Shown in pieces: positions 41,903-53,546 of a DNA stretch of 64,000 bases. The stretch's first letter is position 1. Every line of letters starts with the position of its first letter. The translations under genes were made by a program, and so were the position numbers. Origin of the DNA: an uncultured Rivularia sp. (GTDB taxonomy: Bacteria; Cyanobacteriota; Cyanobacteriia; Cyanobacteriales; Nostocaceae); the NCBI GenBank assembly GCA_963665115.1, contig OY762007.1, forward strand, positions 8,608,001 to 8,672,000, in the 5' to 3' direction. The notes under the pieces are model-generated. The model made no database searches, was not told the DNA's origin, and worked only from the letters and a program-made list of their open reading frames with translations.

Positions 41903-42062
41903 TTCACGGTAAGGATTAAGCAACCCGGTTTTTTGAAAAAGCCGGGTTTCTTAATTTTATAGTTGATAAATTGACAATAATTAGGAAAAAGACAATAACT
42001 CTAAACAATCAACTACTTTTTTACCTAGACAACAAAGAATTATCAAATCACAAGTAGACATT

Positions 42063-43028
42063 ATGAATAGCAAAAACTTAGACTTTTGTAAAAATGTAAA
42101 ATCATTCTTTTTGAAAGAGAAAGAAGCAAACTTGGGTGCTTACCTATATAGTACACCTCTAACTAAAGATGATAATGTTCGTGGAGAAGAGTATTATCGA
42201 AAAGTTATCTATGAAGAACCAGATTACTACTTGTATCAGGATGAAATGGTTTTAATCAAGGCAGTAGCCAATCAGCTATCTGCCCATGTACCAACCCAAG
42301 CAACAGTAGTAGAATTTGGACCTGGAACCCAAAAAGCATTTGTCGGTAAAACTCTTCCATTCCTCAAAGCAATTCCTCAACTCCATCAATATATAGCGAT
42401 AGATTTATGTGAGAAATATTTATTAGATAGTGCAGAAATAATCAAAAATGAACTTCCTCAAGTAGAAGTGCAAACGCAACAAAAGGATTTCTTTAATCAA
42501 ATATATTTACTAGAAGACTATACCTCACCAGTTGTTTTCTTCAAAGGTAGTACTATTAGCAATCTATCACAGGAGCAATGCATTAATTTCTTACGAACTA
42601 TTCCCCAGTTTTTGACACCTGACGGACTATTAATTGTGGGCTTAGATGCTAATCAGGATGAAAATTCACTTAAGTCAGCCTACGATACAAAAGCTGTGAG
42701 TGATTTTATCTTAAATATTTTTCATCGTATCCACCGCGATTTGCCCATAAAGGAATTTGATCCAAATGCATTCACCTATAAATATGAGTGGATACCTAAT
42801 GTCCACTGTGTAAAACACAAAGCAATTTCAACTAAAAAACAGCAGTTCAAGTTAGATAACACTCCTATAATCTTGGAGCAAAAAGAAGAATTTCATATTA
42901 TGAGTTCATTTAAGTATCCTGTGTAATTTTTTCAATCTATGGCTATCCAAGCTAAGTTAGTACCTGTAGATTACTTTATAGATAGTTCTCAACGTATGGC
43001 TATTCATGTTTTCAAAGTTAAAGCATAG
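42063..43028 (+). CDS. EgtD-like (Methyltransf_33) methyltransferase with an in-frame TAA at 42924-42926
   Basis: 'PDYYLYQDE', 'VEFGPG', 'IAIDL', 'FKGSTISNL', 'LIVGLD', 'AYD', 'SFKY'. The frame continues 33 codons past the TAA to a TAG at 43028. Confidence 0.78.
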
Positions 43029-43195
43029 TCACCGTTATCTCGATATAAATCAACCATTTAACAACTTATTTACTGGTAATTAAAAAGTACAAAACCAGAA
43101 GATAATATTGTTTTTGCATTTTCCTCCTTGGAATCCAATGATGTAAATTGAATTCCATCTTCCTTTTTTTGCATATTTACATACAATCTATACAT

Positions 43196-43444
43196 TAGAC
43201 ATCTCCGGAAAACATTTTCATGTTGTTAAAGTTACACAAAGCCTAACCCCCCTACCCCCCCCTTACCTACGAGGGAAGTGGGGTTTTAAAGCCTCTCTCC
43301 TTGCAGAGAGAAGCGCGTTGCGGAGGTTCCCTCCGTTGTAGCGACTTCGGAGAGAGAGGTACTCTACGAGAAAACGCTGAGCCGCACGCCGAAGGCGTGA
43401 ACGCGTTCATGGAGAGAGGTCTTTTTTATTTCCGGAGATGTCTA
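43196..43444. mobile_element. Composite MITE with TAGACATCTCCGGAAA TIRs
   Basis: Perfect 16-bp inverted ends beginning and ending in TA; nested hairpin repeats inside. Confidence 0.75.
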
Positions 43445-43458
43445 TTGTTTACAACAGA

Positions 43459-46400
43459 TTATTTCTGACAGTTATCTTTATTGGAAATATTTTGTTTAGT
43501 TGTGCGATTATCAGCAACAAATTCAATATCACCATCTTGATTCACAATCCATCTGGTAGCTTCTTTGATTTGGGAGGGGGGAGAGGGGGAGGAGAGGGTA
43601 GAGATGGTAGAGTTAGAAGTTCTTAAATCTTGTAGAATAACTTCCCCTTGCAATACTTGTCGGGGATTCACGGGTAAACCACCTCTCCCGGATGTGATGA
43701 AGCGAGCTTCTTCATCAGTTGGGACAACCAGCGCTAATTCTATCGGAAGCATCGGTTAAGTTTTCGGGAAGTTCGATTAAACCGGATGTGATATCTAGTT
43801 CTAAAAGGTTTAAATCGAAATTTCCATCGATACCAAATTCGGAACTTGCTGTAATATCGCTTTGAGGAGTTGTTTGTTCGCGAAATTGAATTCCGAAGAT
43901 TCCAGGAGTTGTAATATTGATATTTCCACCGTCACCTTGAAAAGCATTAGCATTAATATCGCTGTTTTCGTTGGGTACAGCAACTATAAAACCACCGTTG
44001 ATTGTAATATTACCACCGTTTCCACCACCACTATTTTCTATTCCCGCACGAGTAGATATTCTACTGTTGTTGCGTAATAATAGTAAATCTTTAATTGAAA
44101 TATTGATATTCCCACCAACACCCGCAACACTTGTAGCGGTAATTGAACTATTTTCTAAGAAAAGTCTTACTGCATCAATATCAATATTTCCACCATTGCC
44201 AACTCCTTCCCCACTTACAGAAACCCCAGCACCATCAACAATATTAAAATCTCTGGTAGTAACTTTGATATCTCCACCTTCTCCGGAAGCGGTTTGAGAG
44301 GAAGTTGCAAATAACCCAGATACAAAACCTTGCTCTGAAGGGTCGATTAAATCTATAGAATCTGATACATTTACAATTAAATCTCCCGCTCTACCTTCAC
44401 CAAAAGTACTTGTAATTACCTGCGCTCCCCCGATTGCAGTAAATTGACGCGATGTTAAATTAATATTACCTGAATCTTGAGGTGAAAATGTTCCGGTACC
44501 CAAAAGGGAATTATCAAGCTTTAAAATATTATCTGTATTTATCGTAATATCTCCACCGCTGCCTTGATTTAAAGTAGTAGTAGCAACTAATCCACCATCA
44601 CTAGCGGTAAAGTTAGAAGTTTGAATAAAAATATTTCCTGATGAACCTTTTCCCTCCGAAGCGGTGACGATACCCGTATCAAAATTATTCAAAGTCAACT
44701 TTTCACCGTTTAAAGCGGGATTTACGATATTCTGCTGTAATTTTTCAAATCCACCACCGTTTACTTCCACGGATTCAGAAGCATTAATATTAATATCTCC
44801 TCCCTTTCCATTACCAGAAGTTGAAGCGTTGATAATACCGTTATTTATTTGTAATTTATTCGTATTGAGTTGAATATTTCCGCCATCATCATCGGTAGTT
44901 GCAATCGTAATACCACCTTCGTTATCAAAAACAATTGAATCAGCATTTACTTCCACCCTTCCAGATTTACCCAACCCTTGACTGACAAGATTAATTAAAC
45001 CACCATCTGAAATTTTTAACTTGGGAGTATTGATAGTCACGCTTCCAGCATTTCCAGTCACAACATCTGGTAAACCGAAAAACTGACGTGTTGTTTCATC
45101 CAAAAGTAGGGAAAATGATATTACAGCACTAGGGAAATTTCCCAAAGCTCTACCTTCTATTTCCACAAAATCCGTAGCATTGATAGTAATATTGCCAGCA
45201 TTACTATTACTAGAAGTTGCAGAGCTGATAACTCCTCCATTTTCTAATCTCAAGGAAGATGTATCTACAATCAAATCTGCTGCTGATGTATTTTGTGCAA
45301 TAGCGTTTGTAATCAAGCTACTATTTGCAAAGTTTTCTGAATTGATTCCGCTAATGAGTATATCATTTGCCTTTACCTTAATTAAACCAGGTTTACCAGA
45401 GCCTAAAGTAGCGCTGGCAATCATTCCCCCATTCGTAATTGTTAATTTATCAGTTGAAACTGTATTTATCCCTGCTTTCCCCTCACCAAAATTAGAAGCT
45501 GCGATCGCACTTATAATAGCTGGGTTAACAGAAGAAAACCCCGAAACTAAAATTGATTCCGAAGCATTTACGTTAACGTTTCCTCCTGGATATTGCTTGT
45601 AAGTATAAGCAGCAATATTTGCTCCTCCCAATACAGTTACTCTTTTAGCATCAACTTTAACGTTACCTCCGTTTCCTCCCAAAGCTTCTGCAAATATACC
45701 CGTGCGAATACTTGCATCTGCTGTTGTACCCTCTACTTGCAAAGATTCGCTAACATTAACGTTAATATCTCCCGAAACTGCATCACCAAGATTTTGCGTC
45801 CATAATATCGAAGCATGGCTCATTCTTAAATTTCGGGCTTTTACTTCTACAAAACCGCTTCCCACACCGGAAACATCAGCCAAGGATTTTTCGGTTAACT
45901 CAATATCTCCAAAGTTTTCTACTCTGGAATAATCAAATTTCCAACCTTGATTTTGATGACGAATTCCAACAAAACCTTGCTTTACCGCACCTAATTCAAT
46001 TCTTCCAGATTCCGCAGTGATTACACCACCACGAAAACTAACGTTACCACCAATTAATGCCAAAGTATTGCCTGGATCTACCCGCAAACCCGTATTTAAT
46101 TCCTTCCTTTCTAACTGTAATGAAAAAGGAGGAACAGTAGTCAAATTATGTCCTTTTCCTTGTACTTCTATTTTTCCCGGATTTGAACCAAATTGTATAC
46201 CCAAAGGAAGGTTTATTTTTAGTAAGGGTGGTGTTTCTGGGTTTATTGTGTCGAAATTATAATTATCAAAAATAATCCCATTACCAGTAGAAGCAAGAAA
46301 AGAACCTTTAATATCTAAAAAACTATTCTCACCAAATACAATTCCGTTAGGATTAATTAAAAAAAGATTTGCATTTCCATTAACTCCCAAAGTTCCTAAA

Positions 46401-46693
46401 ATTTGTGAAATATTACTTCCCGTTACTCTCGTAAGAATATTTGTAATATTGTCTGGGTTGCTGAAATAAACTTTTTGATTGGGATTAACGTTGAATTCTT
46501 TAAAACTATGAAACAGATGGTTATTACGAATTGCACCTCCTTCAACTAAATCTTTTTCTATGGAAGGATTGACAGTAGAGCTTTCTTTTCCCATATTATC
46601 GGGAATTAATTGAGCATTTACAGATAAATAAGGGAAAAATAAGAATAAACCACCGTAAAAACTTAGCTGCTTGATATATCTGTAAAAATTCAC
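43459..46693 (-). CDS. Filamentous haemagglutinin-like exoprotein 2; frameshift at ~43721
   Basis: TPS domain (NPNG). Removing one C restores AGCPTDEEARF, as in the paralogs. Confidence 0.88.
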
Positions 46694-46825
46694 CTTTTTA
46701 GCTTTCCCCTCGATCTCGGAAATCTCGACTTATAAAATATTCCACTATTTAAAGTTAATTTTCATCTCTTATTTACAATTTATATCAATGTAGATTTGAC
46801 CTCAAGACAGCCCTCTCCTTAATAA

Positions 46826-46974
46826 GGCTACCGTGTACACGAAGTCTTCTAGATTGGTTTCATAACGTTTAGATCGGAATTAACCCTCTTATCAAGGCGG
46901 GAATTGGAATTAAAGTCCCCCAATTTAACCGGGGATTTAGGGGGATAGAGCCGAGATGTGTGTACACCGTAGCC
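46826..46974. mobile_element. MITE nested in the loop of a hairpin repeat
   Basis: GGCTACCGTGTACAC...GTGTACACCGTAGCC with TTAATAA duplicated on both sides, splitting CCCTCTCC-TTAATAA-GGAGAGGG. Confidence 0.8.
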
Positions 46975-47292
46975 TTAATAAGGAGAGGGAATGAGGGTGA
47001 GGTTTTTAATGTATTTGACTCAACCGGAAACCGCTATATGAACCCCTCCGGATAGTTTTTTTATCTTTACTTTTCCTTAATAGTTCTTATCTGCTTCTTA
47101 TTCATAGCTTATTCTTTAGTCCAATCAAAAGTGGTAAGGTACACACATATAACTAGTATAAACACGGATGCATTACAGTTTCGGTAGGTATTTTTATCTC
47201 CTACCACAGGAGTGTTTATACTTTGTACTAATCAATAATTCGTCAATTGAAAGAGAAATTCATTTCTCAAAAACTTATTAATACAATTTGCC

Positions 47293-48360
47293 ATGCTTAG
47301 AAAAAATCTGTTCAATACATCAACAGTTACAGGTACTTTAGCCACTATAGTTTTTTCAATTAGTGGTATTGTAATTCAAAGCAATCAAGCTCATGCTGCT
47401 TCGTTTGGCTCGATTTCTCAGATTTATGCTTATGGAGACAGTTATTCTGACAACGGTGCATCCTTTGAAATCTCAACTCAGGCTGTAAACGCTAACGTAC
47501 CTGGTTCGTTTATTTTACCAGCAGATCCACCGAGTGAACTCTATGATTCCGAAGGACGTTGGACAAATGGACCAACAGCTGTTGAAGTATTGTCTGATAA
47601 ACTTGGAGTGGGTTTGACGGATTATGCTGTGGGTGGTGCTAAAAGTGGAGATGGAAACTATTACAGTTGGTTAGACTCTTTCCAGAATACAGGAGTATTT
47701 GGTCAGATTGAGCAATTTGAAGCAGATTCAGGACAAGCCGCTGATTCTGATGCTTTACATTTCATCTTTGCTTCAGCTAACGACTTATTTGAGTACGCTG
47801 ATTTTGGTTTACCTGGAACGGTTGAAGAATTAGCAACTCAAACAGTGGATAATATTGGAGAGAGCGTATCTAGTTTGGCAGCATTAGGAGCAAAGCAGTT
47901 TCTTGTAGTTAATTCATCAGATCTTGATATTTTACCCGGTGTTATAGAGTTTGGGCAGGTTAATCAGGCTGCTTTGTTTACAGACTTAGTTAACAATCTT
48001 CTTCCTGAAAAATTGGAAACGCTTTCTCAGGAGTTAGATAATGTAGAAATTGCTCTTTATGACCATGTTGAGATTAGTAACGAAATCCGTTCAAATCCAC
48101 AAGATTTCGGTTTAACTAATATAAACGATCCTTGTCAAGCTGTTTTTCCTGTTGAACCTGTTTGTGCTGCTCCTGATGAATATTATTTTTGGGATGAATA
48201 TCATCCAACTCGGAGAGTACATCAAATTATCGGTGAAGATATGGCACAATTTGTTGCAAATCATCAGGTGAAATCAGTACCGGAGTCATCAAATAGTTTT
48301 GGTTTATTAGTATTTTTAGGTTTGTTGGGTACTGGATTGATATATAGTCATTCCAATTAA
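47293..48360 (+). CDS. Secreted SGNH/GDSL hydrolase with a PEP-CTERM-like tail
   Basis: 'GDSYSDNG', 'GRWTNGP', 'YAVGGA', 'SAND', 'FWDEYHPT', and C-terminal 'VPESS' + TM segment. Confidence 0.9.
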   Translation: MLRKNLFNTSTVTGTLATIVFSISGIVIQSNQAHAASFGSISQIYAYGDSYSDNGASFEISTQAVNANVPGSFILPADPPSELYDSEGRWTNGPTAVEVLSDKLGVGLTDYAVGGAKSGDGNYYSWLDSFQNTGVFGQIEQFEADSGQAADSDALHFIFASANDLFEYADFGLPGTVEELATQTVDNIGESVSSLAALGAKQFLVVNSSDLDILPGVIEFGQVNQAALFTDLVNNLLPEKLETLSQELDNVEIALYDHVEISNEIRSNPQDFGLTNINDPCQAVFPVEPVCAAPDEYYFWDEYHPTRRVHQIIGEDMAQFVANHQVKSVPESSNSFGLLVFLGLLGTGLIYSHSN

Positions 48361-48587
48361 TTTCCGTAGTGCGTTAGCGAAGCTTGTCTGAAAGACAAGC
48401 ATCTTGCTCGCTAGTACCGAGCGAGCAAGATGCTCGCACTACAAATCAATCGGTTTCTATTTAGAATCGCTATACAAACGGCGGTAGTTATATTAATCAA
48501 TTACTCGATCGCATTTAATTTGACGGGTTTCTTACACACCCGCTTGGGGTTTACAACCCCGAGCTAACAGCGAAAGTCCTATAAATC

Positions 48588-48708
48588 TGATATCTTGCAC
48601 CATTCTCAAGAAGCCCAAAGAAACCCGGTTTCTAGTAGTGAAAGCATGAATATCTCGTTGTGAAACCCCAAAGAAACCGGGTTTCTGACACTGGTGCAAG
48701 ATGTGAGA
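48588..48708. mobile_element. Inverted copy of the MITE at 2566-2682
   Basis: Direct sequence match. Confidence 0.75.
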
Positions 48709-48866
48709 TAAATCTTACATCTTGCACCAGTTGCGATAAACGCCTTAGAATAAATTCTCAGACTCAAAAATAAAGTCTGATAAATCATGCTGGGAAAGGC
48801 TTTCAGTGCGTTTTAACGTACTTCGTATGTAGCCAAGATTGATTTCTTTTTATTTGCGGTTATAAC

Positions 48867-51800
48867 CTAATTACCATTACAGTTGTATGAAATAGTTTGA
48901 TTTTGATGATCCACACGCTCCGCGTGAATATTATCAGCAATAAACTCAATATCCCCATCTTCGTTAACAATCCATCGGGTAGCTTCTTTGATAGGAGAGG
49001 GGGGAGAGGGGGGAGAGGGGGAGGAGGGGGTAGAAAGGGTAGAGTTAGAAGTTCTCAAGTCTTGTAAAACAATTTCTTCTCGCAAAGTTTGTCGGGGATT
49101 GACGGGTATACCACCTCTTCCGCTTGTGACGAAACGAGCTTCTTCGTCAGTTGGACAACCAGCGCTAATTCTATCAGCAGTATCGGTTAAGTTTTCAGGA
49201 AGTTCAATTAAACCGTTGTTAGGATCTACCGCAGTTAAATCTAAATTAAATTCTCCATCGATTCCAAATTCGGAACTTGCTGTAATATCGCTTTGTGGAG
49301 TGGTTTGTTCGCGAAAGTCAATTCCGAATAATCCAGGTGTTGCTATATTAATATTTCCGCCGTTTCCTTGAAAAGCGTTGGCGTTGATATCGCTATCTTC
49401 TTCTGGTACGGCAACAACTAAACCACCATTTATCGTAATATTTCCACCGTTGCCACCACCGCTGGCTTCTGTTCCGGCTCGGGTAGATATTGTACTGTTG
49501 TTGCGTAGTAATAATAAATCTGTAATTGTAAGATTGATATTTCCACCTTCACCAGAAACACTTTGAGCAGTAATTGAACCGGAATCTAAGAAAAGTCTTA
49601 CCGCTTCAAGATCGATATTTCCTGCATCTCCCTCTCCTTGACCACTTACAGAAACCGCTGCTCTATCAACAATATTGAAATCTCTGGTGGTAACGTTAAT
49701 ATCTCCACCGCTTCCGGAAGCTGTTTGAGAAGAGGAAGCAAATAAACCGGAGGTGATACCTTGTTCTGAGGGGTCGATTAAATCAATTGATTCGGATACA
49801 TTTACATTTAAATTCCCGGCTTGTCCTTTATCAAAGGTAGTGGTTAAAACTTGTGCGCCACCAATTGCTGTTAACTTACGAGCATTTAAATTTATATTAC
49901 CTGCCACAGCATCCCTAAAGGTGCCGGTTACTAACAGGGAATTATCTAATGTGATGGAATCGGTGACGTTAATATCGATATTTCCACCTTTACCGCTGCT
50001 TAAAGCAGTAGTCGAAACGAATCCACCATTGTTAACTGTCAAGTTGGGAGTTTCTATAAAAACATTTCCGGCTGCACCTTCACCAGCAGAAAAGGTAAAC
50101 ACCCCTTCAGTCAAGTTTGCAAAATTAGGTCTATCTGTAAGAGCAGGATTAATAAAGTTTTCTTGTAAACTCTCAAATCCCGCTCCGGTAATTGTAACTG
50201 ACTCGGAAGCCTTGATGTTAATATCACCCCCCGGTTGCTCTGTAATTAGTGTAAAAGCACTAATATAACCTTCGTTATGCAGGGTGCGGGTATTGATATT
50301 AATTTCTCCTGCTCTACCAGTATTAAAACCAGCAGTGGCACTAAAGATAGTTCCTTGTTGATTGACAATTATTTGTTCTGCTGTAATATCTAATTTTCCG
50401 GCATTTCCAAATGTTCCCCCATTTCGATCGCCAACAGATGCGGTTTCAATTTGTGCGCGATCGCCAACAGTTAAATTTTCGGTTTGAATAGTCAAATCAC
50501 CGCCATCACCTTCTGCTCCTGGATTGACACCAGTAGCCAACGTACTTAATCTATTATCAGGTGATTCGTTAATTAATATATTTTTAGCGATAATACTCAA
50601 AGTTCCAGCATTCCCTTTACCGGAGGTAGTTGCTGAAATTGTTCCCCCATCGCGAATAATTAAATTTCCGGTTTCTATACTTAAATTACCTCCATTACCT
50701 GTTGCATCTGTATTAACATCAGCAACCACCCTACTACCGCTGCTACCATCGAGTGAGGTGCCAATCAATTCAATATTGTCAGCTATAATTTTTAGTTCTC
50801 CGGCATTCCCATTACCGAAGCTACTTGTGCGAATTCTTGCACCATCGCGAACAATTAAATTTCCGGTTTCAATACTTAACTTACTACCATCACCTGTTGC
50901 TTGTGAATTAACAACAGCAGATATTCTACTTTCTCTACCATCAGCTGCGATGCCACTTAATTCAATATTTTCAGCTATAATTTTTAGTTCTCCAGTATTC
51001 CCTTCACTGAAGGTACTAACCGAAACTCTTGCTCCATCGCGAACAATTAAATTTCCGGTTTTTATACTTAACTTACCACCATTACCTGTCGATCCTGAAT
51101 TAGCACGAGCAAACAAAGCACTACGATCTTGATTAATTGATGTGCCACTTAATTCTATTTCGGAGGCGATAATATTCAAAGTTCCGCCATTTCCATTACC
51201 TCTGGTGTTTACTGAAATATATCCCCCATCACGAATAACTAATTTTTGGGTTCCTATATTTAAGTTACCACCCTTCCCCGTTGCTCCCCGTAGAACATTA
51301 CTGCGGATTAGTGAGGGTAATGGTAAGATACTTTCTCCCGTTAACTCAATATTAGAATTAGCATTAATATTAATATCTCCCCCCCCAGCAGCACCATAGA
51401 CATCACTTGTAATAAAAGCCCCATCTCGTAAAAATAGTGAGTTAGCGGTTATATCAATATTTCCACCCGTGACACCAGACTCGTTACTATAGCTATTGTT
51501 GGTAATAGCAGCAAAGCTATTAGTCCCCGTCAAAGTAATATCACCACCCGAATTCAAAATGATATTACCGGAAATTGCACCATCAGCAATAATTCCCGCA
51601 CCATCGTTAACTGTAATATCACCTGCTGCAAGTAAACTAATATCCCCACCGTTTACTGTCTCTACTTCCAAACCCGAAGCATCGATAATCCCATTTACGT
51701 TTATTCCACCCCTGGAATCAAAATCAAGCTTTCCTCCTTGCAAAGTATCTTTAGCGTCAATTTCACCATTAACTAAAATATCCCCTGTCAAATTCCCATT

Positions 51801-53096
51801 ATTCCGATAGCGATTGGTAAACAATAATTGTCCGCCATCTCCACCGTCAGCAATTCTAATATTCCTAGCTGTAATATCTGCACTCGTTGCAGTATTACCC
51901 AAAGTCGTATTTACGTTTACATTACCTGGATTAAAATTACTTGGTAAACCACCAGGAAAACTATTCCAATCAATTCCCGCTCTCACATCCAAAGTCGGTT
52001 TACTGCTACCGTCTATATTAACTACCCTTCCATCGGATAAACTTACTTCTGATAAACTCGCAAAAGTATCGCTACCGTTAAATAAAGTCGTATTATTAGG
52101 ATTGATTGAATTTTCTCGATTATCAGCAGCATTAATTTCTACATCACCCAAAGTGACGCTACCACCAGCCAAAATATGCAGCGACGCACCAGTATAGTCT
52201 CCTAAATTGGCGTTTCCACCGACCAATATTATAGGGTCATTTGGACTTGACAAATTACCGTTTATCTGAAAATTTCCACCACTATAAAAACGAGCATCAC
52301 CTTTAATAGTGTTTGATGAACTTAAATTCATTTCTCCATTGGAGAAGAAACCACTTTCGCTATGGGAAAGAGCAAGAATATCAACTTGATTTCCCTCTAC
52401 CAGTAAGTTACTACCTGCTGAAGCGATAAAAGGATTGGTTAAATCATCTCTTATTTGTAAAATATCTGCTGCAAATAGATTTACATCCCCACCAGCAATC
52501 AACCTTCCTTGTAAATCCAAATTGCCAGCAAATATACTAAAATCCTTTCCTACCGTTAAATTACCGCGATTGCGAATAGTTCCCTTACCATACTGCAAAC
52601 CCGGAGTCAGATTAACTTTGAGTAAAGGCGATCGCTCTGGATTTTGGGTGTTAAATTCAAAATTATCTGTAAAAATACTTTCAGCAGTAGTAGCACTAAA
52701 CGAACCAGATATATCTAAAAAAGCATCTTTACCAAAAACAATTCCGTTGGGATTAACTAAAAATAGATTTGCATTTCCATTAATTCCCAAAGTTCCAAAA
52801 ATCTTCGATATATTATTCCCCGTCACTCTCGTGAGAATATTGGTAATATTATCGGGGTTGCTGAAATAAACTCTTTGATTCGGATTTACATTGAATTCCT
52901 TAAAACTGTGAAAAAGATTGCTATCGCGAATTGCTCCACCTTGAATTAAATCTTTATCAATAGAAGGATTAACTGTAGAGCTTTCCTTTCCCAAGCTGTT
53001 ATCGGGAATTAGTTGAGCTTTGACAGATTTTGCAGATGAATAAGAGAAAGTTAATAAAAGAAGAGTATAACAAAGTAATTTCTTGGATATTTTCAT
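48867..53096 (-). CDS. Filamentous haemagglutinin-like exoprotein 3
   Basis: TPS domain (NPNG), internal ~72-aa repeats ('LSIETGNLIVRDGA') and the shared C-terminal module. Confidence 0.9.
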   Translation of the reverse strand: MKISKKLLCYTLLLLTFSYSSAKSVKAQLIPDNSLGKESSTVNPSIDKDLIQGGAIRDSNLFHSFKEFNVNPNQRVYFSNPDNITNILTRVTGNNISKIFGTLGINGNANLFLVNPNGIVFGKDAFLDISGSFSATTAESIFTDNFEFNTQNPERSPLLKVNLTPGLQYGKGTIRNRGNLTVGKDFSIFAGNLDLQGRLIAGGDVNLFAADILQIRDDLTNPFIASAGSNLLVEGNQVDILALSHSESGFFSNGEMNLSSSNTIKGDARFYSGGNFQINGNLSSPNDPIILVGGNANLGDYTGASLHILAGGSVTLGDVEINAADNRENSINPNNTTLFNGSDTFASLSEVSLSDGRVVNIDGSSKPTLDVRAGIDWNSFPGGLPSNFNPGNVNVNTTLGNTATSADITARNIRIADGGDGGQLLFTNRYRNNGNLTGDILVNGEIDAKDTLQGGKLDFDSRGGINVNGIIDASGLEVETVNGGDISLLAAGDITVNDGAGIIADGAISGNIILNSGGDITLTGTNSFAAITNNSYSNESGVTGGNIDITANSLFLRDGAFITSDVYGAAGGGDININANSNIELTGESILPLPSLIRSNVLRGATGKGGNLNIGTQKLVIRDGGYISVNTRGNGNGGTLNIIASEIELSGTSINQDRSALFARANSGSTGNGGKLSIKTGNLIVRDGARVSVSTFSEGNTGELKIIAENIELSGIAADGRESRISAVVNSQATGDGSKLSIETGNLIVRDGARIRTSSFGNGNAGELKIIADNIELIGTSLDGSSGSRVVADVNTDATGNGGNLSIETGNLIIRDGGTISATTSGKGNAGTLSIIAKNILINESPDNRLSTLATGVNPGAEGDGGDLTIQTENLTVGDRAQIETASVGDRNGGTFGNAGKLDITAEQIIVNQQGTIFSATAGFNTGRAGEININTRTLHNEGYISAFTLITEQPGGDINIKASESVTITGAGFESLQENFINPALTDRPNFANLTEGVFTFSAGEGAAGNVFIETPNLTVNNGGFVSTTALSSGKGGNIDINVTDSITLDNSLLVTGTFRDAVAGNINLNARKLTAIGGAQVLTTTFDKGQAGNLNVNVSESIDLIDPSEQGITSGLFASSSQTASGSGGDINVTTRDFNIVDRAAVSVSGQGEGDAGNIDLEAVRLFLDSGSITAQSVSGEGGNINLTITDLLLLRNNSTISTRAGTEASGGGNGGNITINGGLVVAVPEEDSDINANAFQGNGGNINIATPGLFGIDFREQTTPQSDITASSEFGIDGEFNLDLTAVDPNNGLIELPENLTDTADRISAGCPTDEEARFVTSGRGGIPVNPRQTLREEIVLQDLRTSNSTLSTPSSPSPPSPPSPIKEATRWIVNEDGDIEFIADNIHAERVDHQNQTISYNCNGN

Positions 53097-53276
53097 ATTA
53101 TATATTTATTTTTGTACTTAGCTTGCTGAAATAGATAGCAGCGAAAATTCTATAGATTGTTTTCTGCGATAACTATTTTTTGGCTAATTATGCTGACATT
53201 CATTCGTATCAGCAATTAAATAACACTTCTATAATAAAAAATCAAGACTATAAATTACATTATGAGATGAAATATA

Positions 53277-53312
53277 AAAAGTAGGAAAAGTAAGAAAAGT
53301 AGGAAAAGATAG
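53277..53312 (+). promoter_or_regulatory. Putative operator: four 9-bp direct repeats upstream of the wHTH-AAA gene
   Basis: aaaagtagg-aaaagtaag-aaaagtagg-aaaagatag. Confidence 0.58.
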
Positions 53313-53546
53313 TTTTGTTTGTCTAGAAATGATGAAAATGAAGTATTAGATATCAGTCATTCATCAACTGAATAAAATTTCGGATTTTGGATTGCTATCC
53401 TCAGAATCAATAAAGCGATAAAATACTGAATACCAAGTTGTTTGCTTGATTATTAAGGTTTTTGTAAAAAAATCAGGTGTTGGCGATGAGTCTATTTAAA
53501 ATGACCTAAAATAATTTAAAAGGATAATAATATTTAGAGTTGTAAT

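Noticed and set aside
47066..47074. A 9-bp operator upstream of the GDSL gene
   Set aside because: Only one imperfect unit, which is expected by chance in AT-rich DNA.
34435..52869. Many + strand ORFs antisense to the haemagglutinin genes
   Set aside because: Shadow ORFs arising from the biased codons of G/N/I/T-rich beta-helix repeats.
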